Assembly (NCBI GenBank): GCA_013265495.1
Contig: MU061579.1
Span: 5,392,963 to 5,456,962 of the forward strand
Reading direction: 5' to 3'
Length of the DNA stretch: 64,000 bases
Source of the DNA: Vicugna vicugna
Lineage: Eukaryota
Part shown: positions 14,150 to 27,129 of the stretch, one piece after another
How the letters are laid out: every line of letters starts with the position of its first letter
Position numbering within the stretch: the stretch's first letter is position 1
Translations under genes and position numbers: made by a program
Notes under the pieces: generated by a model
The model's input: only the letters and a program-made list of their open reading frames with translations
Told to the model about the DNA's origin: nothing
The model's database searches: none

Positions 14150-14530
14150 TTATATTTCCCCTGTGTATAGGTGGGATAATTTAAGCTGAGTGACAGAAGC
14201 CCAAGATAGATGTTTACTTCTCTTCAGTGTAAAAGTCTGGGTCAGTGGTCCATAGCTGGTGTTTGCTCTACAATGTTAGGGACTACATTCTTTTGATGTC
14301 ATTTTTTCTTTGTGTGCAGTGTCCATCCCCAAGTAGTTCAAAATGGACTTTCCAGCTCCAATTACTAAAAGTTCTATTGATGTTGACAAGAAGACAAAAC
14401 AGAGAGAAGAAAGGCCCTTTCTTGCTAAGACATTTCTGAGAGTTTGCACTCAGTTTCTGCTGATACTCTTCTTGTCACAATTTAAACTGAAGCTCATGTT
14501 CTGAAAAAGAGGCTGAAAATACATTCTTGA
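14150..14530 (-). mobile_element. Old MaLR (MLT1J/K-like) LTR fragment
   Basis: aagatagatgtttacttctctt and ttcaaaatggactttccagctcca motifs. Confidence 0.55.
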
Positions 14531-15129
14531 TTCTGAGTGGTCAGAGGTATAGGTGAGCACGCTACTGTTGTGAGAGTGGGTCATTGAGGAACATTTTGCA
14601 GGCTGAGCTACAGCCTGCATTGGTGATGTCAGCAAGTGTATCTACATATATTTTAGTGTGATACTATACCAGAAGCATGTGAAAAATATATACAGTATGT
14701 ATCACCCAAAGTAGAAAATAAACATTGTTCTGTTGTTGAAGTTATTGAATTAGAAGACCGATACTTTAATTGATTATATTAGAAATGTATGTATGCACTT
14801 GGGGCAAAAGTAACACTAAGAATTGTTTTTTAAGGCAACATTAATCCTTGAAAGCCAACCTTAAAAGGATAAAAAACAAAACAAAGCAAGACAAAACTAG
14901 TGACATTTAAATGACAGTCTGGAGGCTAACATTGTTTCAATGTCACTTTCAATGTTGACATCGGCTTCAGATGAAGATACAACTTTTAAGAGTCATTTGG
15001 GTATTATAATGAGAAAAAGACAAGGAAAGCTCTATAAAAAGCCTCTAAACTAAACACTTAATTAAGAATAGAAGGAGAGACGAGACTCTTACTGTTTTAC
15101 AACGTAAAAATTTACAACATCAAAGCCAA

Positions 15130-15900
15130 ATATATTTGTTCACAAAATTTTGATCCAGAACTTACACTTTTATGAATGTAAGCACAAAGGTAGACCCACC
15201 ACAGTGCCCCTTATAACACTGTTTATAATATCAAAACATTTTTAGTTAAGTTAAATGATGTATAGCAGTCAACTGGTTGAATAAATTATAGTTCAAATGA
15301 AAATAATACATTAATCATAAAAATAAAGTTGTTAATGTAGATCCGTTGGTATAGAAATATATTTAGACAATAATACTATGTGAATGGAAAGAGTATAAAG
15401 CATTATATGTAATCTGAATCAAATTTGGTAATACATGTGTGTAATATAATATGGATTCACATGTATTGACATGTCTAGAAAAAATAGAACAAATATCGAC
15501 AGCACTGTCTCTATGTAGATTTTGATAACCAAAATTTTGTATTTTTTCAGGCTATGAGACTGACATTCTGCCTGCTGTGTTAAAAAGATGCCAAGATTTT
15601 TCTATTTTTTTCAACACTTAGTATGTATTATCTGAAAATTATTACAAAAAGCACGAGATATAAAGGAGTCAGTAGGATAATTTTAATGAAGTAGGAAATA
15701 TTTAAGACATCCACTTAATTGAAAGGCAGATTATATACCAACATGCATGTATGAATCCTCTTTAGTAAAAATAATGTAATGTGTGTTATGATGAATCTAT
15801 AGTATGTACAACAAATATTACCTATGGTCAGTTTTGAGATTAAGACCCATAGATGATTTTTCTAATGAAAATAATGCTATATATTTTAAAACCCAGCTAT
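15130..15900 (+). mobile_element. Old L1ME-like 3' fragments
   Basis: actggttgaataaattatag and ttttgatccagaacttacactt motifs; highly decayed. Confidence 0.5.
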
Positions 15901-16699
15901 ATTATTAAGCATCGCTTTATGATTGTTAAGATGTATGAGTTCTACAGTTTCTGCTAGAATTAAAAAAAAAAAAAAGTCCATTGCATGTTCCTTCTTATTC
16001 TTACCATCTTCCCATACTTGACCACGAGGGCCTAAGAGAAGGCTGTTTCTGCCCGCACAATTACCTAACTGCTGACAGGGAAGTCCTAGGTAATTGACCT
16101 AACCCTGAAAAGCAGGTCTGGAGGCAGGAACCAGCATGGCGCTCCCTGCGCTCTGGAGCCTGTGCGGGCTATCGGTCCCTCCAGAGAGCAGTGCTGGTCC
16201 CCTCCTTCCCTGCCCCGCACACGGTTGTGAGAGGTGTCAAAACCCTCTCTTTACAATGTTACAGTTTGGCCAGGAGCCGAGGCATAAATTCGAGTAGCCA
16301 CTAGAAATGGTTTCTGGCTGCTGAGCTTGTTAATGATCAAACTATTTACATTTGGAAATTTTATTTCGAAATGAAACTGCATTAGTATTTGCTGAAAGCT
16401 AGTCTTAGAACCCTTAGGGAAAAATGAAAGGGAAATCTTTTGGTTCACCTGATCAAATTATGGGAAATACTTAGGTACAGTTCATTTCAGGGACCTGTGG
16501 ATTCAGGATCTCAAATGACCTATCTCTGTTTCTCTGTCAATCTATCAGTCGCTCTCTTTCTCCCCTTTTTTCCCACCCTACGTCCCCTTATTTCTGGTTG
16601 GTGCTAATTAATTCTCTCCAACTGTTAGTAAAATTTCACCACGTCCGTAGGATCCTTTCAGAACCTTTCTCTCAGCTTTGATACGTACCGTATAAAATT

Positions 16700-17280
16700 T
16701 CTGGGGAGTATGCAATCTACACATCCACAGCCTCACACGCCCCACACATGAATTTTATCCTCCAGACACTTCCTGACTATGTCAGCCTCTGTGCACTTCT
16801 ACCATTCCCACTTGGGCCAGCTGTTGTCATCCCTTGCCTGGTTTCCTGCAATAGTTTCTAAATGTTCAGCCTGCCTCATCCCCACCCCCCCCATGCCATC
16901 AATGCAGGTCGCTAAATAATTCCAGATTTGTACTCACTCCCCAGAATCCCCCCCTGCACACGTAATCATTCTTCAGAGTGAAGTTGGAGACGTATTTCAA
17001 ATTACAAAGTCTAATCACACCCTATTCACATTCACATTCCTATTAAAATGCATCCATGGCCTTCCAGAATCCTGACCTTGGCCTGCACTGCCCTTTGGTA
17101 TATGGCCACTGCTTCCCACTCCCATTTCTTCTTTTGGACTGCTTTCCTTATCTTTCCAGTGACCTTCTTCCTCAGTAGACACTGTCTCTTACAAATGGAT
17201 CTTCTCCCTCTGCATGCACTTTTCTTTCCTCTTCTCTTTGGCAAATTAATTCTGATTAAGTTGTTTAGATCTTAGATAAA
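16700..17280 (+). mobile_element. LINE-2 fragment
   Basis: Pyrimidine-rich L2 motifs (cttgcctggtttcctgcaatagtttctaaat, aaattacaaagtctaatcac). Confidence 0.6.
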
Positions 17281-17782
17281 TATATTAGTTTCCTATTGCC
17301 ACTTAACATTACCACAAACTCAGTGGCTAAAAACAACATAAATGCGTTCATTACCTTACAATTCTGGAGGGCAGAAATCTGTATCAGTCTCAACGGGTTG
17401 ATATCAAGACGTTTCGGGGTTGGTTCCTGCTGGAGGCTCTAGGAAGGATCTGTTTTGTTGGCTTTTCCAGGTTCTAGAGGTTGCCTGGATTCCTGGGTTC
17501 ATGGCACTTTCTCCATCTTCAAAGCCCACAGAGTAATATCCTCAAATATCTCTAACTGAACCTTCTCTTCTGTCATGTCATCGTCTCCCATGAATTTGAT
17601 TCTTCTGCCACTTTTTATGATGACTCTTGCAGTTATGTTAGGCATACCCTGATGATCCAGGATAATCTGCCCATTTCAAAATTCTTAATCCAGTAATGTC
17701 TGCAAAGCCCTTTTTGCCACATTGACACTGCTGGAGATTAGGAAATGGTCACCTTTGGGGGAGCATTATTCTGTCTACTTCA
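17281..17782 (-). mobile_element. MLT1C/D-like MaLR solo LTR
   Basis: tattagtttcctattgc...taccacaaactcagtggctaaaacaaca...atccaggataatctgcccatttcaaaattcttaa...attattctgtctact. Confidence 0.85.
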
Positions 17783-18494
17783 ATAACATCATTTCTTTCT
17801 GTGGAAAGTATCTCAGACCTCATTTATTTGATGAAAACTCCCTAATATGTATTATCAATCTTCATTTACTTGTATCCTTCCTAAATGTAGACTCTTGGTG
17901 AACAAATTAATTTGTCCAGTTAGTGTCACCTAATATTTGATCTTATTGCCACAGCCACAGACAGGCAGCACTATTGGCTCATCTTAAGTCATATGCCCAC
18001 CTATAGAGTCAGGTGCATCAAATCTGTTACCAGAAGGGTGAGGAGGAGGTTGGCATTCACAGACATAAGCTACTATATTGTCATTTTGTATTCTGTCTTC
18101 TAATTTGCTATCATTAATACAACTCTCTAGATTCAAAGAAGGCCAACAGTACTGAAAAGGGGAAACTGAAGGTTGACTTACCAATAAGTATGGACTAGAA
18201 ATTTCAAGAGTTATTCCAGCTTTAGGAAAATTCTTAGAAGCTCTTCCAGGACGGGTTCTGGAAGGGAATACATATAGGAATACTAGCTGGTAGTTCTTAG
18301 AGACAGTTTGGTCAAATATTCAAAACTATCCCATCTATGGGGACTGAACTTGGAAGTCTCAATGTTGGGTACAGCCAGGTAGAATATGGAATTACAAGCA
18401 GAATGACAGCTATGTCCTTTATTCTTAGGATAGTAGGGTACATTTTAAATTGGAGCTTTAGTGTCACAGTGATTCTTGATAAAACCAATCCTTG

Positions 18495-19890
18495 TTGCTT
18501 ATCTATTTTATATATAGTAGTGTGTATATGTTAATCCCTCCCCCAATCCCTTTACTCTCCTGTAACCAAAAATTTGTTTTCTTTGTCTGTAAGTCTATTT
18601 CTGTTTTGTACATAGATTTATTTGTATTATTGTTTAGATTGTACATATAAGTTATATAATATTTGTCTTTCTCTGTCTGATTTACTTCACTCAGTATGAT
18701 AATCTCTTAGTCCATCTATGTTACTGCAAATGGCAACATTTCATTCTTTTTATGGCTGAGTAATCTACCTTTGTGTGTATATACAACATCTTCTTAAACC
18801 AATTGTGTGTTGATGGGTACTTGGGTTGTTTCTGTATCTTGGCTACTGTAAATAGTGCTGCTATGAACATTGGAGTGCATGTATCTTTTCACTGTAGAGT
18901 TTTCATTTTTTCAGATATATGCCCAGGACTGGGATTGCTGGATTATATGGTTAGTCTACTTTCAGTTTCTTTAAGCAACCTCCATCCTGTTCTCCATAGT
19001 GGCTGCACCAATTTACATTTCCACCAACAGTGTAGGGAGGGTTCCTTTTTCTTCACACCTTCTCAAGCATTTATTATTTGTAGACTTTCGGATGATAGCC
19101 CATTCTGACAAGTGTAAGGTGATACTTCATTGTGGTTTTGATTTACATTTCTCTAATAATTAGCGATGTTGAGCAAATTTTCATGTGCCTGTTGGCCTTC
19201 TGTATGTCTCCTTTGGATAATATTTTTTTAGGTGTTCTGCCATTTTTTGATTGGGCTGTTGTTGGTTTTTTTGTTGTTGTTGTTATTGAATTGTATAAGC
19301 GGTTTCTGTATTTTGGATGTTAACCCCTTGTCAGTCTATTGTTTGTAAATATTTTCTCCTATTCCATGGGTTAACTTTGTGCTTTGTTGATGATTTCCTT
19401 TGCTGTGTAAAAGCTTTTAAGTTGATTAGCCCCACTTGTTTATTTTTGTTTTTATTTCTTTTGCTTTTAGAGACTGATCTAAGAAAATATTGCTATGATT
19501 TATGTCTGAGAATGCTTTGCCTATGCTCTCTTCTAGAAGTTTTATGATGTCATGTCCTATTTTTAGGTCTTTAAACCATTTTGAGTTTATTTTTGTATAT
19601 GGTATGAGGGAGTATTCTAACTTCATTGATTTACATGTAGCTGTCCAGTTTTCCCAACACCACTTGCTAAAGAAGCTATCTTTTTTCCATTTTGTATTCT
19701 TGCCTCCTTTGTTGTACTTACTTGACTAGGAGTGTGGTTTTATTTCTGACCTCTCTATTCTGTTTCTCCGATCTGTGTTTCCGTTTTTGTGCCTTTACCG
19801 TGCTGTTTTGATTACTGTAGCTTTATAGTATCATTCAAAGTCTGGAAGCATTATGCCTCCAGCTTTGTTGTTTTTCCTCAGGATTGTTTT
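18495..19890 (-). mobile_element. L1 3' UTR and ORF2 fragment, decayed
   Basis: Minus ORF 19426-19626 (MKLEYSLIPYTKINSKWFKDLKI...IKTKINKW) is L1 ORF2. Canonical antisense motifs throughout. Confidence 0.95.
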
Positions 19891-22189
19891 ATTCACACGT
19901 CCGCAAAAGTATCACTGCTTCTAGCTGTACAGTGTTGAAGAAAGCGTATTTTTCAAAATACATGTGGTTTGCCTCATGACTCTACCTCAAATCCTTTTAA
20001 CTTAATTGTTTATGTCATTTAATTTGGATCAAGATGCAAGTAAATCCCAAACAGAATTAAAGTAAATCTGTGACACCTCAAACACAAATGACTCATTTTT
20101 GAGACTAAGGATTAACCACTCTTATTGTTAGAAGAATTGTCCCACACAAGATGTAAGTTGTATCCTGAAGGTGGTGATGATGCCACCCCTGATTAGAGGG
20201 ACAAGAAATGAGCTACAGCATTATTCATTACTTTAACCCTGGGCCAATCAGAGCTTGGGGACAGGTGAATCATTTGACCCCTACTGCACATCCAGTAAAG
20301 GTCTCAAATTTAGATTTATCAAGTTATATATAAATGAGTTGTGTATAGGTAATGACAGACTGTTGGATTTAAATAGGATGTTTCTCATACAACTTTAAAT
20401 TTATATACCATTACTAGATTTACCACCTAGAGCCACAATTATTAATTTTATTTAAAAATTATCTAGTTAAGGAAAAACTGTACTGCATTTTTACTGCATA
20501 TACATTAAACATATTTCTAAATGCATAAATTCCAAAAAATATTAGGGAAATCCTAGTTTAAAATAAATAATGATCATTTCTAAATAGCAAAGAACATTAG
20601 GGAACACCCTCAGGCAGAACTGAGCCTGGAACTGGCCCAGAAAAAGAGAGATTGAGAGAGAAAGAGGGAGACAGAGAGATTGATTACCCTTCCACTTACA
20701 GATATAACAGCAAGATTTGCTTCCTGGAAAAGCAAAAATGGGGAGGGAAAAACAGCATAAACACCTTAACAGTGTCTTGGACAAGGGAGAATTTGAGCTT
20801 AGATTCGGATTTATGTTGTAAAGATTAAGTATGGAATCCCAGGCATAAGAGCCAAAAAGGTCAGAAAGACTTCAGACTACATGATACAGTTAAAATAATA
20901 ATTTTAGAGAATTTGTGAAAAGTCAGGAGGAGTAGGTAAATTCAAGTTTTAAAAGACATGCTAAGGGGTTAACACTTCTACTCTTCAAATTCAGAATTTA
21001 TCTAATAGCCACTTTTACCAAATGTTATATTGGTATTTTATAAGTTCTCAGTTAAATGATCAAAGAAGTTGGTTTATAGTTATATTTTAAAGCTGGGATT
21101 TCTAAGGTATGACTTTTATTAATTGTCTTCTCATCCTGTGTTTATTTGTGCCAAGAATTTTCTAAGTCACATGGTCTGTATCTGGAAATGTTCTTAGAGT
21201 CTTCTTGTGTCTGGTTGTATAGCTTCCTATGTACAAGTTAGCAGAAGGAGGGTCTAGACAGAGAGGTTGGGGTGGAAACCACAGATGAGATATGTATTTA
21301 AATAAGGAATCTTGTAATTTATTATTCTGAAGTTGAAATGATGTAAATTGTATGAGAATAATGCATTTTTATTGAATGTTTCATTTTATTTTATGTCATG
21401 CTACGCCTATAAATATGTCAATGGTGATTACAGTATGGGGGTCCTTTTACACCTACATATGAAGAGATTAGACTTCTTGAAGGCATGATATCAATTTTTT
21501 ATCATTCAGATTACTTGAATTATGTTCCAAGAATATAGGTTGAGATTTTCTGGGGTTGAAACTCAGAAATAAATTTTTTTTTAACAGTAAAAGCAGCAGT
21601 CCATTAGAATGATATCATAATGCTAGACATAAATTGTCACTGTTAAGCAATGGTTGAGCTTCTCAAAGTCACACTATTATAATTCAAAACGTAAGTTTAA
21701 AAATCAAAATTCCAAATTGAAATTCAAACAGTTTCCATCCATGAGAGCATCATTTATATAAAGCACTATTTTGAAAGAAATTTTGGGAAAAAATTTTAGT
21801 GTGTTAAAAATAAAACAAGAGCAACCACCAAAAAAAAAAAAATCTAAAATTGGTGTATGACCCAATCAGATAAGTAATGGTTAAGTAAAACTTGAACAAA
21901 TCTGTCAAAATGATTTTTTGATACTAATCATCTATTTTAAATGAGAAGCTGTTGGCCAAATTACTTCTATAAAAATCAAAGTAATATTATACAGTAAGAT
22001 TAAAAAGGTGAAACGTATGTGGTAAAGAGAAACAGAGACTAAGATGTTCCAAAATCTAAAAACAAACAAAAAAAGTTCCAGTATCTGACAATGGATACAT
22101 CTTATGAATCTATACAAGCAAACATGAAATACAGATTATAATCGCCTGACTCCTAGAACAATTTACTAAATTTTAATTTTTCTTTTTGG

Positions 22190-22692
22190 CATTGATTTAT
22201 TGTAGTAAAAAAAATAACAGCTCACAGCAAAAAAAAAAAAATGTGACAGTGAATATATGTATGTTCATGTATAACTGGAAAATTGTGCTCTACACTGGAA
22301 TTTGACACAATGTTGTAAAATGACTATAACTCAATAAAAAATGTTTAAAAACAAAAACAAAAACAAAATTTAGCTTCTTAATCATTGTTAAACTTACTGT
22401 TCAGTATTATTAGTGCATTCACATTGTTGTGAAACATTTGCAGAACTTTTTCATCATGCAAAACTGAAACTCTTTGTCTGTTCCACAACCTCCTTTTCCC
22501 TCCCCATTCCCCAGCTCCTGGAAACCACCATTCACTCTCTGTTTCTATGAATTCGACTACTTTAGTATTTCATATAAGTGGAATCATACAGTATTTGTCT
22601 TTTTTGCAATTGGCTTAATCTACTTAGCACAAAATGTGGTTTACACATATAAGTAGAATATTAAAAGGAAGGAAATCCTATCACATGCTATA
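22190..22692 (-). mobile_element. L1MB-like 3' end with a 5' inversion, hosting a younger L1 tail
   Basis: Antisense L1 3' UTR at 22190-22218 and 22366-22630, then a sense piece (aaaatgtggtttacacat...ggaaatcctatcacatgcta) at 22631-22692. Confidence 0.75.
22219..22365 (+). mobile_element. Very short young L1 3' end nested in the older L1
   Basis: Aligns by eye with 363-492 (tgtgaca...aaattgtgct...acactggaatttgacacaa...aataaaaaatgtt), with an (AAAAAC)n tail. Confidence 0.9.
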
Positions 22693-23302
22693 ATAATCAG
22701 CCTTTACTTTTATATTAAACTCTAAAGTCCTTGACTTTATACTTGTAAATTTGATATTTTTGTATTGGCTTAAATGGACATCTCAATAAATACATTTTAA
22801 GAGGGAAAAACATAAGACAACCTAATCTGAAATTCAGTGTCACTAATATCCTATATAAGTCATCCTCAGTTTATCATACACTGCCATAAATAGAACAAAG
22901 CATAGATAGATAAATAGATAGACAGACTGAGTCATCACTAAATCACTGGTTTGGACATTTCATAGAAGGTAAAGATGATATCTTGCATCGCTTTTCAGTC
23001 ACCTTCAGAAGTTAGCACAGTGTTCTTGAGACATTAAATACAAATGCAATGGATCAAATGTCATTCCAACACCCTAACTCCATTGCATTTGCTTATATGA
23101 AACAGGAGAACATTGAACCTTGAAGTAAACAAAGCATTGCCTATGATGATATATATTTTAGCATAAATGCAACTTATACATTTAAGCACAAGCCCACTTG
23201 TTGAAAGTCATTTTGGGAAATGAACTTTAGAATATGCTACTTCAAAAACCACTCTGTTTAGTTGATAGTCCATAAATTCTCTGTTGGAGATATTATGGTC
23301 TA

Positions 23303-23365
23303 CAGTGGATTGTGCTTAATTGGCACATCTCAGTGGAAATTGAAATATGCCAATTAGACAATGAT
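23303..23365. mobile_element. Probable terminus of an ancient TcMar/Tigger-type DNA transposon with a subterminal palindrome
   Basis: TA followed by CAGTGG, then the inverted repeat taattggcacatctca / tgaaatatgccaatta. Other terminus not located. Confidence 0.4.
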
Positions 23366-24713
23366 TGTCTCATTTAAATACATAATTGCTCATATGAACT
23401 ATCAGATACATTTGAAATTAGAAAGGATGTTTGAAATGCAAAACATTGACCAAATTGTATATGTACATAATTAAGACAAATTAGACATGCACATGTTGGG
23501 CATGATCAAAAGCATTATCATCAAGGCATGGTCCCATTTTTTGTTCAGCAGTTTAATGAGTATTATAATCCATCTGGTCATCACAAACCCAAAATATACC
23601 TAGTAACTCCAGTCGATAACTGAATTTTAAGTCTGTGTTAATACTCTGTACTAATACTATTTCAGAAATCCACCAAAGCCAAAACCTGCAGAGTTGCTGC
23701 TCTTTCATACTTAAATGTTGTTAATTAAGGCATTGTTTTAGAGTGAACTTCTTATTCCAGGGACAAAATAATTTTTTTACTTTCAAAAGAATTTTTACAT
23801 TTAGAGTGTTAAGTCCATAGGATGCTCCTCTAATGTAGGAACCTGTTACTGAGATAATGAATATGGGCAATGGTATTTTATGAAAAAATTTCCTATTTGC
23901 TGAAATGGATCTTTACATCCTGGAGAACATCAAGAAATTCATGAAGGGGAAGATATTGAGAGCTTTTCCTAATTGTTAGTAAGGCACTGATAATGATTTA
24001 GCAAGAATTTTGCCCTTAATTCACTCCACAACTGGAAATTTTTGTGTGGCTCTATATATATATATATATATTTGTGTGGCTATAGTATACATATATATAC
24101 TAAAAGTACCCCATGAATATATATGTATATGTATTCATAGACTAGTCGTAGTATACAACAATAAATTAATTTTTCATGCAATTACTTAGAGGTATGTGTG
24201 TATTTTGTGCAATACATACAGCCGAAGTGTCTTATTAAAAAATCCTAACAAGTAATGTTATAGTATTTTCAAATGTTAAAATTTAGAAAACAACCAAAAG
24301 AATTTAAACAAATGGCCGTTAATACCACCAAATAGGACAATTATTCACCAGCATTTTCCTTGTGTTAATTAATATCCACATTGACTACTCTCATTTTTTC
24401 TGTTAGTATTAATCAAATAAGTAAAATATTGAAATTTTGAAATATGATTTTCATTACTGTGTGGAGCTAAAAATAAACTATATAATCAATCAAATATCCT
24501 TCTACAGTTTTTTTTAATCTTACTTATATTAGAAAAGAATGAGTTCCACAGAAGACTGTTTCTTCAGAATAAATCTTAAGTATAAAATTGTGGATCAAAT
24601 TATATGAAAAATTGAAGAGTTTTGATACAAATTTAATTACAGATGTTTAAAATCAATTTATAATCCATAACAAGTAAATAAGTATTCCTGTTTTCCGAAT
24701 CCCTGATCATTGC

Positions 24714-25240
24714 TGTAGGCAAAATTCTAAAATGGCCCAGAACAGTCCTGCCCCCTGGTGTTCAACTCTTGTATAACCCGGACACTTGGGAGCCCATGGA
24801 GCCTGCGGCAATGCTGGGATGGTGGCTCCACTGACTAGGTTGTTATAAGGCAAATGGTGATGGGATAGTCATTCCCTTAGATAAGATCCTGTAGCTGACT
24901 GGAGGTGAAGGAGTAGTCAGAGAGAAGGGATCCTGCTGGCACAGAAAAAAGCAAATAGTCATTCTGGGAACTACCCATGGGGGTGGGAGCCACATAGCAA
25001 AGAACTGAGGGCAGCCTTTGAGAGATAAAGGTGGTCTCCACCTGAGAGCTAGCATGGAAACAGGAACCTCAGTCCTACATCTACAGGAAACTAAATTCTG
25101 CCAAGAACCACATGAGCTTGAAAGGAGACCCTGCCCCTCCCCTGGCCGAGGGCTCCAGAAAGGAACATCGACCAAGCAACAACTTGATTCATCTTTACGA
25201 GATCCCAAACAAAACCCAGCTAATCCGTGCCTGGAATCTT
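24714..25240 (+). mobile_element. MLT1E/F-like MaLR LTR
   Basis: tgtaggcaaaattctaaaatggccc start; ggaacctcagtcctacatctacaggaaactaaattctgccaagaacc. Confidence 0.75.
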
Positions 25241-25487
25241 TCCATCTAGTCCAATTGCTCATGCACTTTCATTCAAGTCCATGTTAACTGCAGAAATTCA
25301 CTGCATAAAGATATCAGTATTTTTGACCACAGTGCCCTCAGTTTGAGGACCTAAGTGCACCTCAACCTCATCAGGACCAACAGTACATTACCCCCTCCAA
25401 CTAAATCTTGTCAGCCTGCCCCTGCCTTTACTTTCTTCCTATTCAACTCCGACTCAAAGTTGAATCATTTAATAACACCTGTAAAGG

Positions 25488-25962
25488 CTGTTTTCATTTT
25501 CGATTGCTTTCTAATAAGTTACCACAAACTTAAAGGCTTCAAATGAAATTCCCATGTCCAGGAGCCCAGGCACAGTTCATGTAGCTCCTCTGCTCAGGCT
25601 GTCATAAGGTGCAATGTGACGTCATCTGAAGCCCAGCGTCCTCTTCCCCACTCATGAAATTATTGGCAGACAGAATTCATTTCTTTGCACCTACAGAAGT
25701 CATAGTAGCTTGCGTCTTTAAGGCCAACAGGAGAGCATCTTTAAATGCAGGGAATGCCTGCTTAAGTCCTCTTTTATAGAGATAAACAGATGGAGCAAGT
25801 AGGACTTGCTTAAGTCCTACCCAGGTTAATCTACCTTTAACTCAGTGTCCAGCCAATTAAGATCTTAATTATATCTGAAAAAACCCTCAATCTTTGCAAC
25901 CTAGTCATAGCTGCATCAGAGGTGGGACTCCTGGGGGCCACCTTAGAATGTTGCTTACCACA
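25488..25962 (-). mobile_element. MLT1E/F-like MaLR LTR
   Basis: ttaccacaaacttaaaggctt...ggcagacagaattcatttctttgca...gggccaccttagaatgttgcttaccaca. Confidence 0.75.
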
Positions 25963-26459
25963 AAATGGGTCGGCAATTATGTATCTATTTCTTTGACCCT
26001 CTATCCTTTCCATTTTATGCCCCTAGCAAAAGAACAACCCTGAGTGAACTGAAACATCTCACTTCTTCACCTAAAAGCACTGTGCTAGCTCAGGTGAACT
26101 TGGCTGCTTCATATTACACACCTTCAACCCAGATACTTCTTTTGGGTCATATTTATACTGCCTTTTTATACCTCTTCCTAAACATCTTAGTGACACTTTA
26201 TATTCAGCATGTATATACCTAATTCATGTGCACTCTTTTTAACACCTGATCCAACTCTAGTCCCCTCTCACAAACCCTGTTTTCATTGTAAAACACCCAG
26301 GTGCTCAAACCAGAAATCTGGGAGTCATTCCTGAAATGCCATAGTCCCTCAGTCCCACATCCTCTCAGTTATCAAGATCTAATAATATTATCTAATTAGT
26401 ATATTTTAAAATTACACATTCTGTCCAGGAACTGCTACTTTGGGCTGTTTATCAGCAAG

Positions 26460-26900
26460 AGATAAGCTTCTGATGTGTGAAGCATAGATATTTGGAGCTT
26501 TTAATATGATAGCATACCATGAGCAATGCAGCTATAGATTCCTTAGGTAGGGGGTTGCAGTAACAAAGCAATTAAATTGTATAACATTGGCTTAATAGGA
26601 AAGTTGTAGTTGGACAAAGCAACTAATATAGGAAGTCTGAATTTTGGAGAAGTATTAATGCTATGGCAACCTTTAGAAAAAATCAAACTCCCAAAATAAA
26701 TGGAACTGGTTGTCTATAATTACTTAAAAGGTAGAATGCCCAGAAGAAGAGACTGCAAAAGAGAATCATGGATATGTGTGTTTGGTCGTTCCTGGCAATA
26801 CTGAACAAGGTACTAGAAGAAAGAGATGAGCTCATGAAAGGACTAAATGGTTTGAAAAGAGAAATGAAAGAAAAGAGTAATGGCATTTAATGATGGAGGC
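26460..26900 (+). mobile_element. MaLR LTR end plus MLT1-internal (gag-like) relic
   Basis: Translation near 26777-26850 gives VWSFLAILNKVLEERDELMKGL, resembling the MaLR ORF motif WLLLAA.SKVL.ERDEL. Confidence 0.6.
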
Positions 26901-27129
26901 TTGCATGTTTGGTGAAGCTTCTGCTTCTAGACGCCACATAATTTGAAATAACATTGAAAAACTTGTAAGCACAAAAGTCCATTAAGATTTGCTATCAAAT
27001 TAAGTGTGTAGATTTCCTTCTAAAGTAATGCCATTAAATAGTGGAGGCGACATTGAGACTAAAAAAAAAATAAGTTAATGACTATTGAGAATTATATGTG
27101 GCTAATGAATTTGGTGTAATAATCTATAT

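Noticed and set aside
16130..16165. CTCF or REST site in ccagcatggcgctccctgcgc
   Set aside because: Several mismatches at core positions of both motifs.
24843..25262. Longest ORF (139 aa)
   Set aside because: Lies almost wholly within an MLT1 LTR on the antisense strand; chance ORF.
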